This document shows positions 28,914 through 38,601 of a stretch of DNA of 64,000 bases, in pieces (positions within the stretch are counted from its first letter, which is position 1; each line of letters begins with the position of its first letter). The translations under genes and the position numbers were made by a program. The stretch spans positions 3,368 to 67,367 of IMG/VR virus record IMGVR_UViG_2639763081_000004. One strand, written 5' to 3'. This stretch comes from a virus (Duplodnaviria; Caudoviricetes). The notes under the pieces are model-generated. The model was not told the origin of the DNA. It saw only the letters and a program-made list of their open reading frames with translations, and did not search any database.

Positions 28914-29981
28914 ATGACGACATCACACGAGAGTTTCTACAGCAGCATCGACGGCGCACTGACGCCGGAGCAGGCCGCCCAGGCATTGGCACTGGCGGAA
29001 TCGGGCGATACCGGCGACAAGCCGGAACCTGGTGGCGCGCCCGCGACCACCGCTGCACCGGATGACAAAGGCGCCACCGAGGCTGGCACCACAAGCGAAC
29101 AGCAGGCTGCACCTGCTGCGGGCGGCACTGATGGCGCAAAGGCCATTCCTGAAGCCGAACAGACCGCGGACAACACCGTGGTTCTGGCGCGGGACGGCAA
29201 ACACACCATCTCCTTTGACGAGGTGCTGAAGATCCGCAAGCAGCGTGATGAGGCCCAGGCCACCGCAGACAACGCCCAGCAGCAGCTGGCCGCCCTGCAG
29301 GCCGAAGCCCAGGCGCGGGCAGACTCCGGACAGGCCCCGACCAAGACCGACACCATGGCCGCACAAGCGCAGGCAGCCATTGATGCGGGCGCGGACGCGG
29401 ACCTTTTCGGCGACTTCTCCGAAGCCGGCCTGCGGGATGGGCTGCTCAAGCTCCACCAGCAGTCCCGTGAACAGCTCCGCAACGAGCTGCGCGCGGAGCT
29501 GCAGGAGGAGTTGAAGAAGGAATTGCAACCGCTGCGCGAGCAGCAGTCTAAGTCCTCCTCCGATGCCCATTTGGACGCCATCTACACGGCGCACCCCAAC
29601 GCGGACTCCATCGTCGAAAGCGCTGAGTTCAAGGCGTGGGTGGACTCGCAGCCCAGCGTGGTCCGCAATGCCTATTGGGGCCTGTTCGACCCGAAGACCG
29701 GTGGTACGTCCGCCGAAATCGTGGAGGTGTTCGACGCCTATAAGGCAGCGACCGAGAAACCCTCGTCTCAACCCGCTGCGGACCCCAAAGCCGCAGCAAA
29801 GGCCGCCACTGAAGCCGTGCGGGCCGACCCTCCCTCAAGTCTCTCCAGCATTCCTGGCGGGCGCGTGGATGGTCTGTCGCCGGATGAGCGGATGGCTGAA
29901 CTGAGTGGCGTGGATCTGCTGTATGCGATGGAGGGCAAGACGCCCGAGCAGATCACCGCCTGGCTTAACAAACAGATGTAA
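28914..29981 (+). CDS. Putative capsid scaffolding protein
   Basis: Acidic coiled coil directly before capsid; start MTTSHESF. Confidence 0.75.
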   Translation: MTTSHESFYSSIDGALTPEQAAQALALAESGDTGDKPEPGGAPATTAAPDDKGATEAGTTSEQQAAPAAGGTDGAKAIPEAEQTADNTVVLARDGKHTISFDEVLKIRKQRDEAQATADNAQQQLAALQAEAQARADSGQAPTKTDTMAAQAQAAIDAGADADLFGDFSEAGLRDGLLKLHQQSREQLRNELRAELQEELKKELQPLREQQSKSSSDAHLDAIYTAHPNADSIVESAEFKAWVDSQPSVVRNAYWGLFDPKTGGTSAEIVEVFDAYKAATEKPSSQPAADPKAAAKAATEAVRADPPSSLSSIPGGRVDGLSPDERMAELSGVDLLYAMEGKTPEQITAWLNKQM

Positions 29982-29993
29982 AGGAGGTCCAGC

Positions 29994-31286
29994 GTGTCCA
30001 CCACCAAGACCATTACCCCCTATGGTCACCCAGGGACCATGATTCAGCAGGCCGTGGGCGTGTTCCACACCTGCATGCAGCGACGCACAACGCTGAACCG
30101 CCTCACCGGCAAGATGCCGACCGAGGCGGATGCCGTGGCAGGCACCAAGCGCCAGACCAAGCCCACGATGCCCATCGTGCGTGCCGAGGATCTGGGTAAA
30201 GGCAAGGGCGACGAGGTCGAGTTCCAGCTTGACCAGCCCATCGGCAGCTACCCCATCATGGGCAGCGAGTTTGCCGAGGGCAAGGGCGTGGGCACGAGCT
30301 ACGAGAACGCGCGGTTCCGTGTGAACCAGGCGCGCTTTCCAGTCGACATGGGCGATCAGATGTCGCGCATCCGCACGCCATACGACCTGCGCAAGTTCGG
30401 CCGCCCCAAGGCCCAGCGCCTGATGGACGACTACATCGAGCATTCGACGTTGGTTCACTTGGCCGGCGCGCGCGGCTTCAATGACCACCTGATCGAATGG
30501 CGCGTGCCGCTGGCCTCGCACCCCAAGTTCTCCGAGATCATGGTGAACCGGGTGAAGGCGCCAACGCGCAATCGCCACCTGGTGGCCGGCGCCGGCGCAG
30601 TGGGCGAAGTCAAGGCCAATGCCGGCGAGCTGGTGATCGCCAGCGCGGACACGCTGAGCATGGATGTGGTGGACGCCGTGCGTTCGTGGATGGACCAAAT
30701 CCCGCTGCCGCCCCCGCCCGTCGAGTTCGATGAGGACCTGGCCGCCACGGACAGCCCCATCCGCGTGCTCCTGGCATCTCCGGCCCAGTACAGCGGCTTC
30801 GCCACGGACCCGAACTTCCGCGCGTTCCAGGGAAACGCCATGGCACGCGCGCGGCTGGCCAAGGACCATCCGCTGTTCCTGGGTGAAGCAGGTCTGTGGA
30901 ACGGCATCCTGATCATCAAGATGCCCAAGGCCATCCGCTTCTACGCCGGCGACGAGCTGCGCTACTGCGCAAGCTACACCAGTGAGCAGGAATCGTCGGT
31001 GGTGGTGCCTGCATCGTTCACCGACAAGTTCGCGGTGGACCGAGCCATCCTGCTGGGTGGCCAGGCGCTGGGCCAGGCCTTCGGCCGCTCGGACCACAGC
31101 GGCGTGCCCTTCTTCTGGTCGGAGAAGGAAATGGACCACGGCGACAAGCTGGAACTGCTGATCGGCGCTGTCCTGGGCATGTCCAAGATCCGCTTCGCGG
31201 TCAACCACGGTGATGAAAAACAGTTCACCGATCACGGTGTGACGGTGCTCGATACCGCCGTGCCCATCATCAAGCCACGCGGCTGA
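29994..31286 (+). CDS. Major capsid protein, N4-gp56/DUF4043 type
   Basis: AAGGAGG SD; DLGKGKGDEV, HLAGARG, HPLF.GE.G.WNGILI, RAILLGGQA. Confidence 0.9.
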   Translation: MSTTKTITPYGHPGTMIQQAVGVFHTCMQRRTTLNRLTGKMPTEADAVAGTKRQTKPTMPIVRAEDLGKGKGDEVEFQLDQPIGSYPIMGSEFAEGKGVGTSYENARFRVNQARFPVDMGDQMSRIRTPYDLRKFGRPKAQRLMDDYIEHSTLVHLAGARGFNDHLIEWRVPLASHPKFSEIMVNRVKAPTRNRHLVAGAGAVGEVKANAGELVIASADTLSMDVVDAVRSWMDQIPLPPPPVEFDEDLAATDSPIRVLLASPAQYSGFATDPNFRAFQGNAMARARLAKDHPLFLGEAGLWNGILIIKMPKAIRFYAGDELRYCASYTSEQESSVVVPASFTDKFAVDRAILLGGQALGQAFGRSDHSGVPFFWSEKEMDHGDKLELLIGAVLGMSKIRFAVNHGDEKQFTDHGVTVLDTAVPIIKPRG

Positions 31287-31347
31287 TGCCCCGGGGGCTG
31301 GCTTCGGCCGACCCCTCGTCACTTCCCCCAACTTCAAGGAGGCCATC

Positions 31348-31827
31348 ATGGCAACCATCAAGAAGGCCGGCCTGGGCATGCTGCAGTTCGGCGGCTTCAC
31401 TCCCTACGGCAACCTCACCACCTTGCGCGCCACGCTGCAAACCAATGCTGCAGGCGCGGCCATCGGCGCGGATTCCAATGCTGCCATCGCTGCTGGCGAT
31501 GTGGTCGTGCTGGAGAAGCTGCCCGCCGGCATGCTGCTCGAAGATGCCCAGGTCATCGTGTCCACGGCCATGACGGCGGCCGTCACGGGCTCGCTGGGCT
31601 TCACGTACATCGACGGCGTGGATCACGCCACCGTGCCCCAGGACCCCGAGTACTTCGGCGCTGGCCTGGTGCTGAACGCTGCCGCGCGCCTGCGCACCAC
31701 CAGTTCCAAGGCGCCCGTGAAACTCCCCAAGGAAGCCTATCTGGTGCTCACGACCGCCGGCGCGGCCAACGCCAAGGTCTCGCGCCTGGATGTGATCGTC
31801 CACGGCGAGCGTCTGGGCAACCAGTAA
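31348..31827 (+). CDS. Virion structural protein (decoration-like)
   Basis: AAGGAGG SD; beta-rich, follows capsid. Confidence 0.7.
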   Translation: MATIKKAGLGMLQFGGFTPYGNLTTLRATLQTNAAGAAIGADSNAAIAAGDVVVLEKLPAGMLLEDAQVIVSTAMTAAVTGSLGFTYIDGVDHATVPQDPEYFGAGLVLNAAARLRTTSSKAPVKLPKEAYLVLTTAGAANAKVSRLDVIVHGERLGNQ

Positions 31828-31895
31828 GCACCCGTGATCTGAAAGGGCAGGGCTGCGGCCCTGCTGCTTTCCATCGAGCACCCAAGGACATCACC

Positions 31896-32345
31896 ATGAC
31901 CGTTGCACAGACCCAGGCCGTCACCTACACGGGGACGGATACGCCATTCATCGACCGCATTTACCGTTCGCGCCTGACTTTCGACCCTGGCCAGACGCGT
32001 GTGGTCCCCATTGCGCTGGCGGCCCGGTTCCTGCGCCATTCGGATATTTTTCAGGAGGCGGCGCCTGAAGGGGAGGGCGTTGGACTGGCTGCAGCGCCGG
32101 TGCCAACTCAGCAGCCCGACGACACCGCTGCGCTGTTGGAGACCGCGAAGAAGTCCGAGGACGAGCGGCGCGTGCAGGAAGAGGCCCGCTTCAACGTGCT
32201 GCAGCAGATCGAGAAGATGGACAAGCAGGCGCTGCGCGACTGGACCAAGCAGACCTACAAGCTGGATCTCCCGGGCAACCTCGGGTTGGACAAGATGCGC
32301 GAGCGGGTTCGCGGCATGGTCGACCAGTACGGCAGCGCGCCATGA
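31896..32345 (+). CDS. Hypothetical virion-module protein
   Basis: AAGGA SD; synteny. Confidence 0.7.
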   Translation: MTVAQTQAVTYTGTDTPFIDRIYRSRLTFDPGQTRVVPIALAARFLRHSDIFQEAAPEGEGVGLAAAPVPTQQPDDTAALLETAKKSEDERRVQEEARFNVLQQIEKMDKQALRDWTKQTYKLDLPGNLGLDKMRERVRGMVDQYGSAP

Positions 32346-33013
32346 CTCTTCAGGACCTGATCGCCCTGTTTCGATCCGACGCCAAGGATGTTGAGGAGCC
32401 GCATCTTTGGGACGAGCCTCAGGTCGTGGGCTGGTTCAACGAAGCCCAGTCGGAAGCGGCAGTGCGCGGCCGTCTGCTGCTGGACGATTCCACGCCCGCT
32501 GTCTGCGAGATCGCCGTCGCGGCCGACATTGCCAGCTACCAGTTGCACCCCAAGGTCTACGAGATCGCCCATCTGCGGTTTGCCGGCGCATCGACCAGTG
32601 AAGGTCGAGAGCTGGCAGTGGTGTCGCGCGAGTATTTGGATCGCAAGGATCCGTACTGGCGCGACCGCTGCAGCGACGAGCCTCGCTTCGCCATCCAAAC
32701 CGAAACGCGGCTTCGCCTGGTGCCCACGCCGCGCGAATCGGGCGCCTTGCGGCTGGAGGCCTACCGGCTTCCTCTCAAGCAGTTGGCCAATTGCCATGAC
32801 AAGCCCGAGATTCACGAGGCCCACCATGCCTACCTTGTGCATTGGGCCCTGTATCGGGCGTTTGGGCAGCCCGATGCGGATGGCTTCGATCCTGGCAAGT
32901 CTCAGCAGTCGTACTCGGTATTTGAAAGCTATTTCGGCATGCGGCCGGACTCGGACCTGCGCCGCGCCACTCGCCATGACCAGCCACACACCAACGTCAT
33001 CCATCTGCCGTAG
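32342..33013 (+). CDS. Putative head-tail adaptor
   Basis: WFNEAQ.EA, LRLVPTP, PEIHEAHH.YLV.WALYRA. Confidence 0.7.
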   Translation: MTLQDLIALFRSDAKDVEEPHLWDEPQVVGWFNEAQSEAAVRGRLLLDDSTPAVCEIAVAADIASYQLHPKVYEIAHLRFAGASTSEGRELAVVSREYLDRKDPYWRDRCSDEPRFAIQTETRLRLVPTPRESGALRLEAYRLPLKQLANCHDKPEIHEAHHAYLVHWALYRAFGQPDADGFDPGKSQQSYSVFESYFGMRPDSDLRRATRHDQPHTNVIHLP

Positions 33014-33033
33014 CAGATGCTGAAAGGTTCGCA

Positions 33034-34668
33034 ATGCGCGGATTCACTCCCAGGAAAGCCTCCGCAACGGAGCAACCGTCCGAATACACAGGGGCCCGTG
33101 GCTTCGCGCCCGGTCAGCGGGCTGCATTGGCCCAGGCCCAGAACCAGGCGCCAGACTCCATCCCCGCCATGGTGAAACCGGGTGAGTTCGTCTTGCCGCC
33201 CGATACCGTGCACGCCATGGGCGGCGCTGGCGCGCTGCAGGCCGCCGTCGATGCCACCCACACACCAGCACCCGAGCAGGCATTCGTGCCGCGCGGCTTC
33301 AAGCCAAAGGTGTTCTTCGCCAATGGTGGCCGGCCTGAGGACCAGATCCCGACGGACGGCTACCCCAAGGCGCCGGCTCCAGACGGCTCGCAGTCCAATC
33401 CCATGAATACCGAGCTGGGCCGCAATGTGTCGAACCTGGCCAATGCTGTGCCTGGTGCACTGGGCGGCAGTGCGTCTGCACTCGCGCGCACGGGCGGGGC
33501 CATCAGCGGTGCCATCAACTCCGGAACCAACGCCGCGCGCGGACTTGCGGTCGGCGCCGGGATCGGAGGCGGTGCCGCTGCAGCCGCAGCACCTGCTGCC
33601 GCCTCCACGATGGCGAGCCCCGCGCCCTCCACGGCTCCAGCAAGCTCAGTTGCAACGCCGCAGGCCACGCCTCCCGCCGGCAGCACCATGGGCCCGCCCA
33701 GCTCGGCCGCGCCGCAGGAAGTCCAGCCCGGGATCTTCCGCCAGGGCAACAGCTTCTCCGACAGCGCACAGGGCTCGGCGCTCGGCGCCCAGCCGCGCGG
33801 CTTGCCCTCCCGGCAAAACGACCTGGCCGCCCAGAACCTGGCCGCGCAATCGACAGCACGCGGCTTCACACCCGGCCAGCGCACCGAGGCCGAGCAGCCC
33901 CGCCTGGGATTCCCCGGCTTCCGTGCTCCAACCGTCGCCCACTCTGGCAACGACTGGCAGGCCCGCAAGGACCTCCAGAACCTGGAGACCGGCGCGAGCA
34001 GCATCGCGAATCGGCCCGAGTGGAGCGGCACAGGCATGGCCCGCTTCCGTGGCGGTGGCGCTCAGTCCGGCCCGCCGCCGGCCGTGGCCGCCTACCAGGC
34101 CGCCCTGCAGACCGACTCGGCGCTGCGCCAGGCCCAGCCAGGACTGGATGCCGAGACCATGCGCCAGAACGCGGGCCTGGCGCGCGAAGGCATCCAGCAG
34201 GACGGCGGCCTGCAGCGCGAAGCCATGCAGCAGGCCGGGGAAACCGGGCGCACGGGCATGCGAGTGGGCATCGAGCAGCAGCGCCTTCAGGGCGAGGCAG
34301 AAGCGCGCGGCTTCAAGACCCGGGCTCAACGCCAGGAAGAGCAGCTGCGGAATACGCTCCTCGACCCCAATGCCACGCCCCAGCAGAAGCAGCAGGCCCA
34401 GCAGTCCATGCGCGCGATCCGGGGTGAGGCAGATCCGTCGCCCTGGAAGGTCACGGTCACGCCTGCGGTCAAGAATGCCGATGGTTCCACAAGCCAGGGC
34501 AGCATCATCCGGCACAACGCCGTCACGGGCGAGGTGCAGCAGGTGGAGGGCGGTGGAGCGCGGGCCGTGCCAGCAAAAGATAGTGCGCAGGTGTTGGCCA
34601 TCAAAAACAACACGTCCCTGTCTCTTGAGCAGCGCCGTGAGGAGTTGCGAAAGCTTGGATTTCAGTGA
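33034..34668 (+). CDS. Putative internal virion/ejection protein
   Basis: Ala/Gly/Gln-rich; DSIPAMVKPGEFVLP motif. Confidence 0.7.
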   Translation: MRGFTPRKASATEQPSEYTGARGFAPGQRAALAQAQNQAPDSIPAMVKPGEFVLPPDTVHAMGGAGALQAAVDATHTPAPEQAFVPRGFKPKVFFANGGRPEDQIPTDGYPKAPAPDGSQSNPMNTELGRNVSNLANAVPGALGGSASALARTGGAISGAINSGTNAARGLAVGAGIGGGAAAAAAPAAASTMASPAPSTAPASSVATPQATPPAGSTMGPPSSAAPQEVQPGIFRQGNSFSDSAQGSALGAQPRGLPSRQNDLAAQNLAAQSTARGFTPGQRTEAEQPRLGFPGFRAPTVAHSGNDWQARKDLQNLETGASSIANRPEWSGTGMARFRGGGAQSGPPPAVAAYQAALQTDSALRQAQPGLDAETMRQNAGLAREGIQQDGGLQREAMQQAGETGRTGMRVGIEQQRLQGEAEARGFKTRAQRQEEQLRNTLLDPNATPQQKQQAQQSMRAIRGEADPSPWKVTVTPAVKNADGSTSQGSIIRHNAVTGEVQQVEGGGARAVPAKDSAQVLAIKNNTSLSLEQRREELRKLGFQ

Positions 34669-34826
34669 GCCCCGCCCCTAGGTTGATGGGCACACAGGTT
34701 CAGCGCGGCAGCATGGGCCGGCGCGTTCTTCACCCGAGGGAGCTTGTCCAGGAGGCAGGTGGCGTAGTCGGCGGCCAGAGTAGGGCCTGCGAACAGCAGG
34801 GCGGTGAGAAGAAGTGCGCGGCGCAT
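34662..34826 (-). pseudogene. Short secreted Cys protein, possibly truncated VF_A0006-like four-cysteine protein
   Basis: MRRALLLTALLFAGPTLA signal + ADYATCLLDKLP...ALNLC; 54 aa; ATG 6 nt after TGATACATT. Confidence 0.5.
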
Positions 34827-34838
34827 GGGCGGAATGTA

Positions 34839-35213
34839 TCAGGCGCTTCGATCAGGCCGTTTCGATGTGGTGCGCAGGTACAGGCCCGCACCCACGGCAG
34901 TCAGGACCAACGGAATAGGGGCGAGCAAGACAAAGCTGGTGGCGTAGACAGCAGCGCCCACCACTGCCGCGATCAGTGCGTGCAGCATTGGGCGGTTGCT
35001 GGCCGCACGGGCCACCATGCAGCCCGCGAGCAGGGGCGGCACGGCCAAATAGGCCGGCATCAGCACCCACAGCGCATTTGAGTACTGCACTACGCCAGGC
35101 TCTGGGTTGCCCATCACGGACTGCATCAGGAAGCTCAGCAGCCACCACACGCAGCCGTAGCTGATCAGCAGAGACAGGAATAGCGTTTTGTAGTCGAGAC
35201 GGCCCAGGTTCAC
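34839..35213 (-). CDS. Multi-pass membrane protein
   Basis: About four hydrophobic segments; GTGA overlap, GAGGAGG SD. Confidence 0.75.
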   Translation of the reverse strand: MNLGRLDYKTLFLSLLISYGCVWWLLSFLMQSVMGNPEPGVVQYSNALWVLMPAYLAVPPLLAGCMVARAASNRPMLHALIAAVVGAAVYATSFVLLAPIPLVLTAVGAGLYLRTTSKRPDRSA

Positions 35214-35404
35214 TGGGACGCCTCCTCAATCAACTCTTCCAGAACTTGTACTGCGCCGCGAATCCGCGCCAGCGTTTGCGTCAATTCAGCCTTCTTCTCT
35301 TCCAAAACTCGTAGCTCGTCCTCGACGCGCACGGCGTTCTCACGCAGTTCACGCGCGCGCAGGCGGAAACGTTCTATGGATTCAGGGGATGTGTTCTCGC
35401 TCAT
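35210..35404 (-). CDS. Small coiled-coil protein A
   Basis: AGGAGG SD; own TGCTACATT extended -10 (35423-35431). Confidence 0.75.
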   Translation of the reverse strand: MSENTSPESIERFRLRARELRENAVRVEDELRVLEEKKAELTQTLARIRGAVQVLEELIEEASQ

Positions 35405-35455
35405 AGGGGCCTCCTGAGCGGAAATGTAGCAGGGCCCCTTCAGGGCCTGCCGTGC

Positions 35456-35638
35456 TCACTCACGAGCTTCCCGCAGCATCTCCTTGAGCACATCGATGCG
35501 GCCTTCGATACGGCGCAAGTCCCATTCGAGCTCAGGGTCCTCGGCTTCGGATGCCTGCAGCTGCGCCTCTGCAAAGGCCTTCTTTGCTCGAAGGTGATCC
35601 AGCATGTCTTCCATCGCTCTGATGTCAGGTGCGCTCAT
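35456..35638 (-). CDS. Small coiled-coil protein B
   Basis: AGGAGGT SD; own TGGTACATT extended -10 (35659-35667). Confidence 0.75.
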   Translation of the reverse strand: MSAPDIRAMEDMLDHLRAKKAFAEAQLQASEAEDPELEWDLRRIEGRIDVLKEMLREARE

Positions 35639-35907
35639 AGGTAGAACCTCCTGGCGGCAATGTACCAGTAGGCTGCCTGTATGAGGGGTGAGGCGTACCA
35701 CCATGCTGGGTTACTCAGGAGGGCGGAGTCTCACTAAATGCAAAACAGAATGAAGCGCAACAAACCTCGAGTGATGCCCATGCGCTAGGGATTGCTTGGA
35801 GGCGTCGCTGATCTTTGGTGGCTACGGTGCGCACGTCGAATCGCGCTCATTAACGTGGGAGCCTGATCCCAATCGACTCGCTGCTACTTGTGTGATCTCT
35901 ATCGATG

Positions 35908-35923
35908 CTGTATATTTGTACAG
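35908..35923. promoter_or_regulatory. LexA (SOS) box
   Basis: CTGTATATTTGTACAG. Confidence 0.75.
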
Positions 35924-36050
35924 TATTGGTGCTTGTCAGAAGGTTGGAAAGCTGAGGCTGAACGCCCGAGCCGGCAGCCTAGAGACGTAGAGGTGAAAGT
36001 GTGATAGATGGGTTACATTCGGACACGTTGCAACTCTCTGGAACCTTCAA

Positions 36051-37169
36051 ATGCCCCTAGCCCTCATCAATGCCGTAATTCATGGGTTTGATAAAGAAAA
36101 ACATACAGAAATAGTTTCTAATGTTTTCAAAAGAGATAAAACTTTGGATGTGACTCAAGCGCCAGTTGTTGCATTGGTAGAAGGTGTGGCCAAATTGCTT
36201 GGTAAAAGGGAAAACAGCCTGGCTTGGGGGCGATTTAATAATGATAATTTTAGAGGGCCATTCCCCTCTAGTTTTGATGCTTGCGTCTTTTCCGAGCCAG
36301 ATTTGACGGATGAGAATGTTTTTTTGGCATTGACGCATACTGCCGTTGATGTAATTGTTGAAAAGGCTACGAAATCGAGACTGGCAACAGGGTCCAAAAT
36401 TCTATTTGGATATTACAAGTATGAAAATGGAAACCAGGGTTTGCTGATTGCAATGATTAAACAAAAAGGAGGAATTCGCCTAACGGAAGATTTTGTTCCG
36501 GTAGACATAGAGCAGGTGGATATGGCTAAATTGAGTCACGCATCGGAAATTAAAATTTCAGATTACTTGTTCTCAAAGTTGGATGAAGCAAAACAGTTGG
36601 AGCAGGGGGCGGAGCTTGAGGATTTGGAGCTGATTCCATACCTTTCATTTATATCGAGCAGAGATACCGACGATGCAGCCTCCTATTTTGTCGAGGCACT
36701 TGGATGTGCGTTGTACCGATCTTCAAAGAGATCAACATCATTGGTTATAAAGGCGGCATATGATTTTTGCGTGAATAATCCGGACCTAAAGGCGAACGCT
36801 TCAAAGGTAAAGGAAGTTGTTTGCAACTACCTAAAGGAGAAGATGGAGGCGGGGGAAGATGCGACTCTTGAGGAGGTTAAGCAAAAAGTGGAGAGAGCAT
36901 TTCCGGTAGAGTTATCTCGGCATTTTGATAGTTTTGTTGACACTCTTAATGGCGGTGATTATAAAATACCATCTAGCTTTCCGGTAAGTGAAGAGTCGCT
37001 GAAAAAATATTCGAGAATCGTTCTTAAAGACGACGATGTGGAAATTAAATTTGAAAAATCTGACTTTGGAACTACGGCAAATTCTAAAATCCAGTTTAAT
37101 AGAGCTGAACGATATCTGAAAATTAAGTTGTCAGATAAACAGATTGATGAGTTAGATAAGCATGTTTAA
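36051..37169 (+). CDS. NA37/YejK(NdpA)-like nucleoid-associated family protein
   Basis: NAVIHGFDK, ATGSKILFGYY, LLIAMIKQKGG, YLSFIS, ASYFVEALGC; AT-rich. Confidence 0.8.
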   Translation: MPLALINAVIHGFDKEKHTEIVSNVFKRDKTLDVTQAPVVALVEGVAKLLGKRENSLAWGRFNNDNFRGPFPSSFDACVFSEPDLTDENVFLALTHTAVDVIVEKATKSRLATGSKILFGYYKYENGNQGLLIAMIKQKGGIRLTEDFVPVDIEQVDMAKLSHASEIKISDYLFSKLDEAKQLEQGAELEDLELIPYLSFISSRDTDDAASYFVEALGCALYRSSKRSTSLVIKAAYDFCVNNPDLKANASKVKEVVCNYLKEKMEAGEDATLEEVKQKVERAFPVELSRHFDSFVDTLNGGDYKIPSSFPVSEESLKKYSRIVLKDDDVEIKFEKSDFGTTANSKIQFNRAERYLKIKLSDKQIDELDKHV

Positions 37170-38454
37170 ACAAGTCGTCGATTTGTATAGAGCCGTCGGA
37201 AAGCCGCCTTTTAAGCAGGGGCAGCGGCTCAATATCGACGTTGCGGAAACGCTAGTGCTCACCGAAGCGCTGGCGGCCTACCAAGAAATTGAGGAGAGTT
37301 TTAGCCCAATTGATCCAGTTGTACGCAATGGAAGAGTTGAGTTTGAATTTAAGATTCCTGGATCAGAGAGAGGTGCGTTTTTTGAAACCTTTGAGGAATT
37401 TGTTCAAGATACTCCGACTCTTGCTTTAGGGAAATTGAGGGGTAATTTCTACATAAGGAGTTTGGACTATTGGGACGGAGATGCTTTTGTTCCTGATCAG
37501 ATATTTAAACTTAAAAAAGTCGTCGATTTTGTATTTTGTTTGCGAGCGTTTGTTTCAATATCGATTGATCGTAATCAAGCTTATGAAGGTGATAAGTTAA
37601 TTTTTCTGAAGCCCTCGGATGGTAAATCTCCCCAAAAGGCGGCTATATTGAAAATTAACCTAAACGTGGACACTGTTGTTTCAGATATTCCAAGCTTTAA
37701 ATTGCTTGCTGCTCTTAAGAGTCAATCCGATGGTAAAACTAAACATCAAATTGAAGAGCGTGTGCTTTTAATGAATACAGCGATAGCTGAAATTATTGGT
37801 GAGTGCGACGATGATAATGTAGATTTCGATTATTTGGTAAAGAATTGGGGGCGAACTACAAAAAAATATCTACACGACCTTCATGCTTACGTTAGTTCAT
37901 TTTCTTTCGATGCTGCAAGAAAAAAGATTTCTGATGGATTGTTGGAGAGCACGACTAAGTTAAATAATGCGATTGGCGAGATAGGTACCAAACTTCTTGC
38001 CGTACCCGCATCGCTCGGTGTACTTATTGTCGTGAAAGATGCCTCAACCCTATCTGGATTTATAATGGGTATCGCTGGCGTTGTGTTTGCTAGTTTGATA
38101 ATATTAAGAACAATTAGGCACTACGAGAATCAAGTTGAGAATCTTCTAAATAGTTTTGAATTTAATTTGCAGGAAGCAGCGAAGCCAAAGAAGACATTCG
38201 GCAAGGCAATAAGGGATGAAATTGAAAGAATCTCTAGATTTAAGGATATTCAAAGGAGGGAAATATCACGAACATTTAGATTCTATAAATTAATTGCCAC
38301 GCTTCCCATAGCTGCTTGCATCTATTTTTGTGCTGCAGCCGTTTATCCTTGGATTAATCTTTATTTAAATTTGATTTTCCGCTGTGGACATGATGCTCTG
38401 TGGATGAAAATCATCGAAAGCACCTCGTTTCTCGCTCACATGTTGGTTGGTTGA
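37162..38454 (+). CDS. Hypothetical protein with C-terminal TM helices, coupled to NA37-like gene
   Basis: 8-bp overlap; hydrophobic KLLAVPASLGVLIVV, GFIMGIAGVVFASLIIL, LIATLPIAACIYFC. Confidence 0.85.
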   Translation: MFKQVVDLYRAVGKPPFKQGQRLNIDVAETLVLTEALAAYQEIEESFSPIDPVVRNGRVEFEFKIPGSERGAFFETFEEFVQDTPTLALGKLRGNFYIRSLDYWDGDAFVPDQIFKLKKVVDFVFCLRAFVSISIDRNQAYEGDKLIFLKPSDGKSPQKAAILKINLNVDTVVSDIPSFKLLAALKSQSDGKTKHQIEERVLLMNTAIAEIIGECDDDNVDFDYLVKNWGRTTKKYLHDLHAYVSSFSFDAARKKISDGLLESTTKLNNAIGEIGTKLLAVPASLGVLIVVKDASTLSGFIMGIAGVVFASLIILRTIRHYENQVENLLNSFEFNLQEAAKPKKTFGKAIRDEIERISRFKDIQRREISRTFRFYKLIATLPIAACIYFCAAAVYPWINLYLNLIFRCGHDALWMKIIESTSFLAHMLVG

Positions 38455-38553
38455 GGATGCCTGCTCGTCGCGCCGTGTGTGGAAGCCTAGTTTGAAACAT
38501 CTTGGCGACGGGCCTGCGGGCTCAAGCAAGAGTCGCCCGGCTTGAGCGCGCGT

Positions 38554-38596
38554 GCCACGGCTAGGGTTCGTTCCTAGGCGCTCCGGCGCTGACACT
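38554..38596 (+). promoter_or_regulatory. Putative late promoter copy 3
   Basis: GCCAC-GGCT-AGGGTTCG-N20-GACACT; ATG 38602 5 nt later. Confidence 0.7.
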
Positions 38597-38601
38597 GGGG
38601 C

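Noticed and set aside
35777-35820. GCTAGGG matches here and at ~40263 as extra late promoters
   Set aside because: Lack AGGGTTSG, the CCC half-site spacing and, at 35.8 kb, the downstream hexamer.
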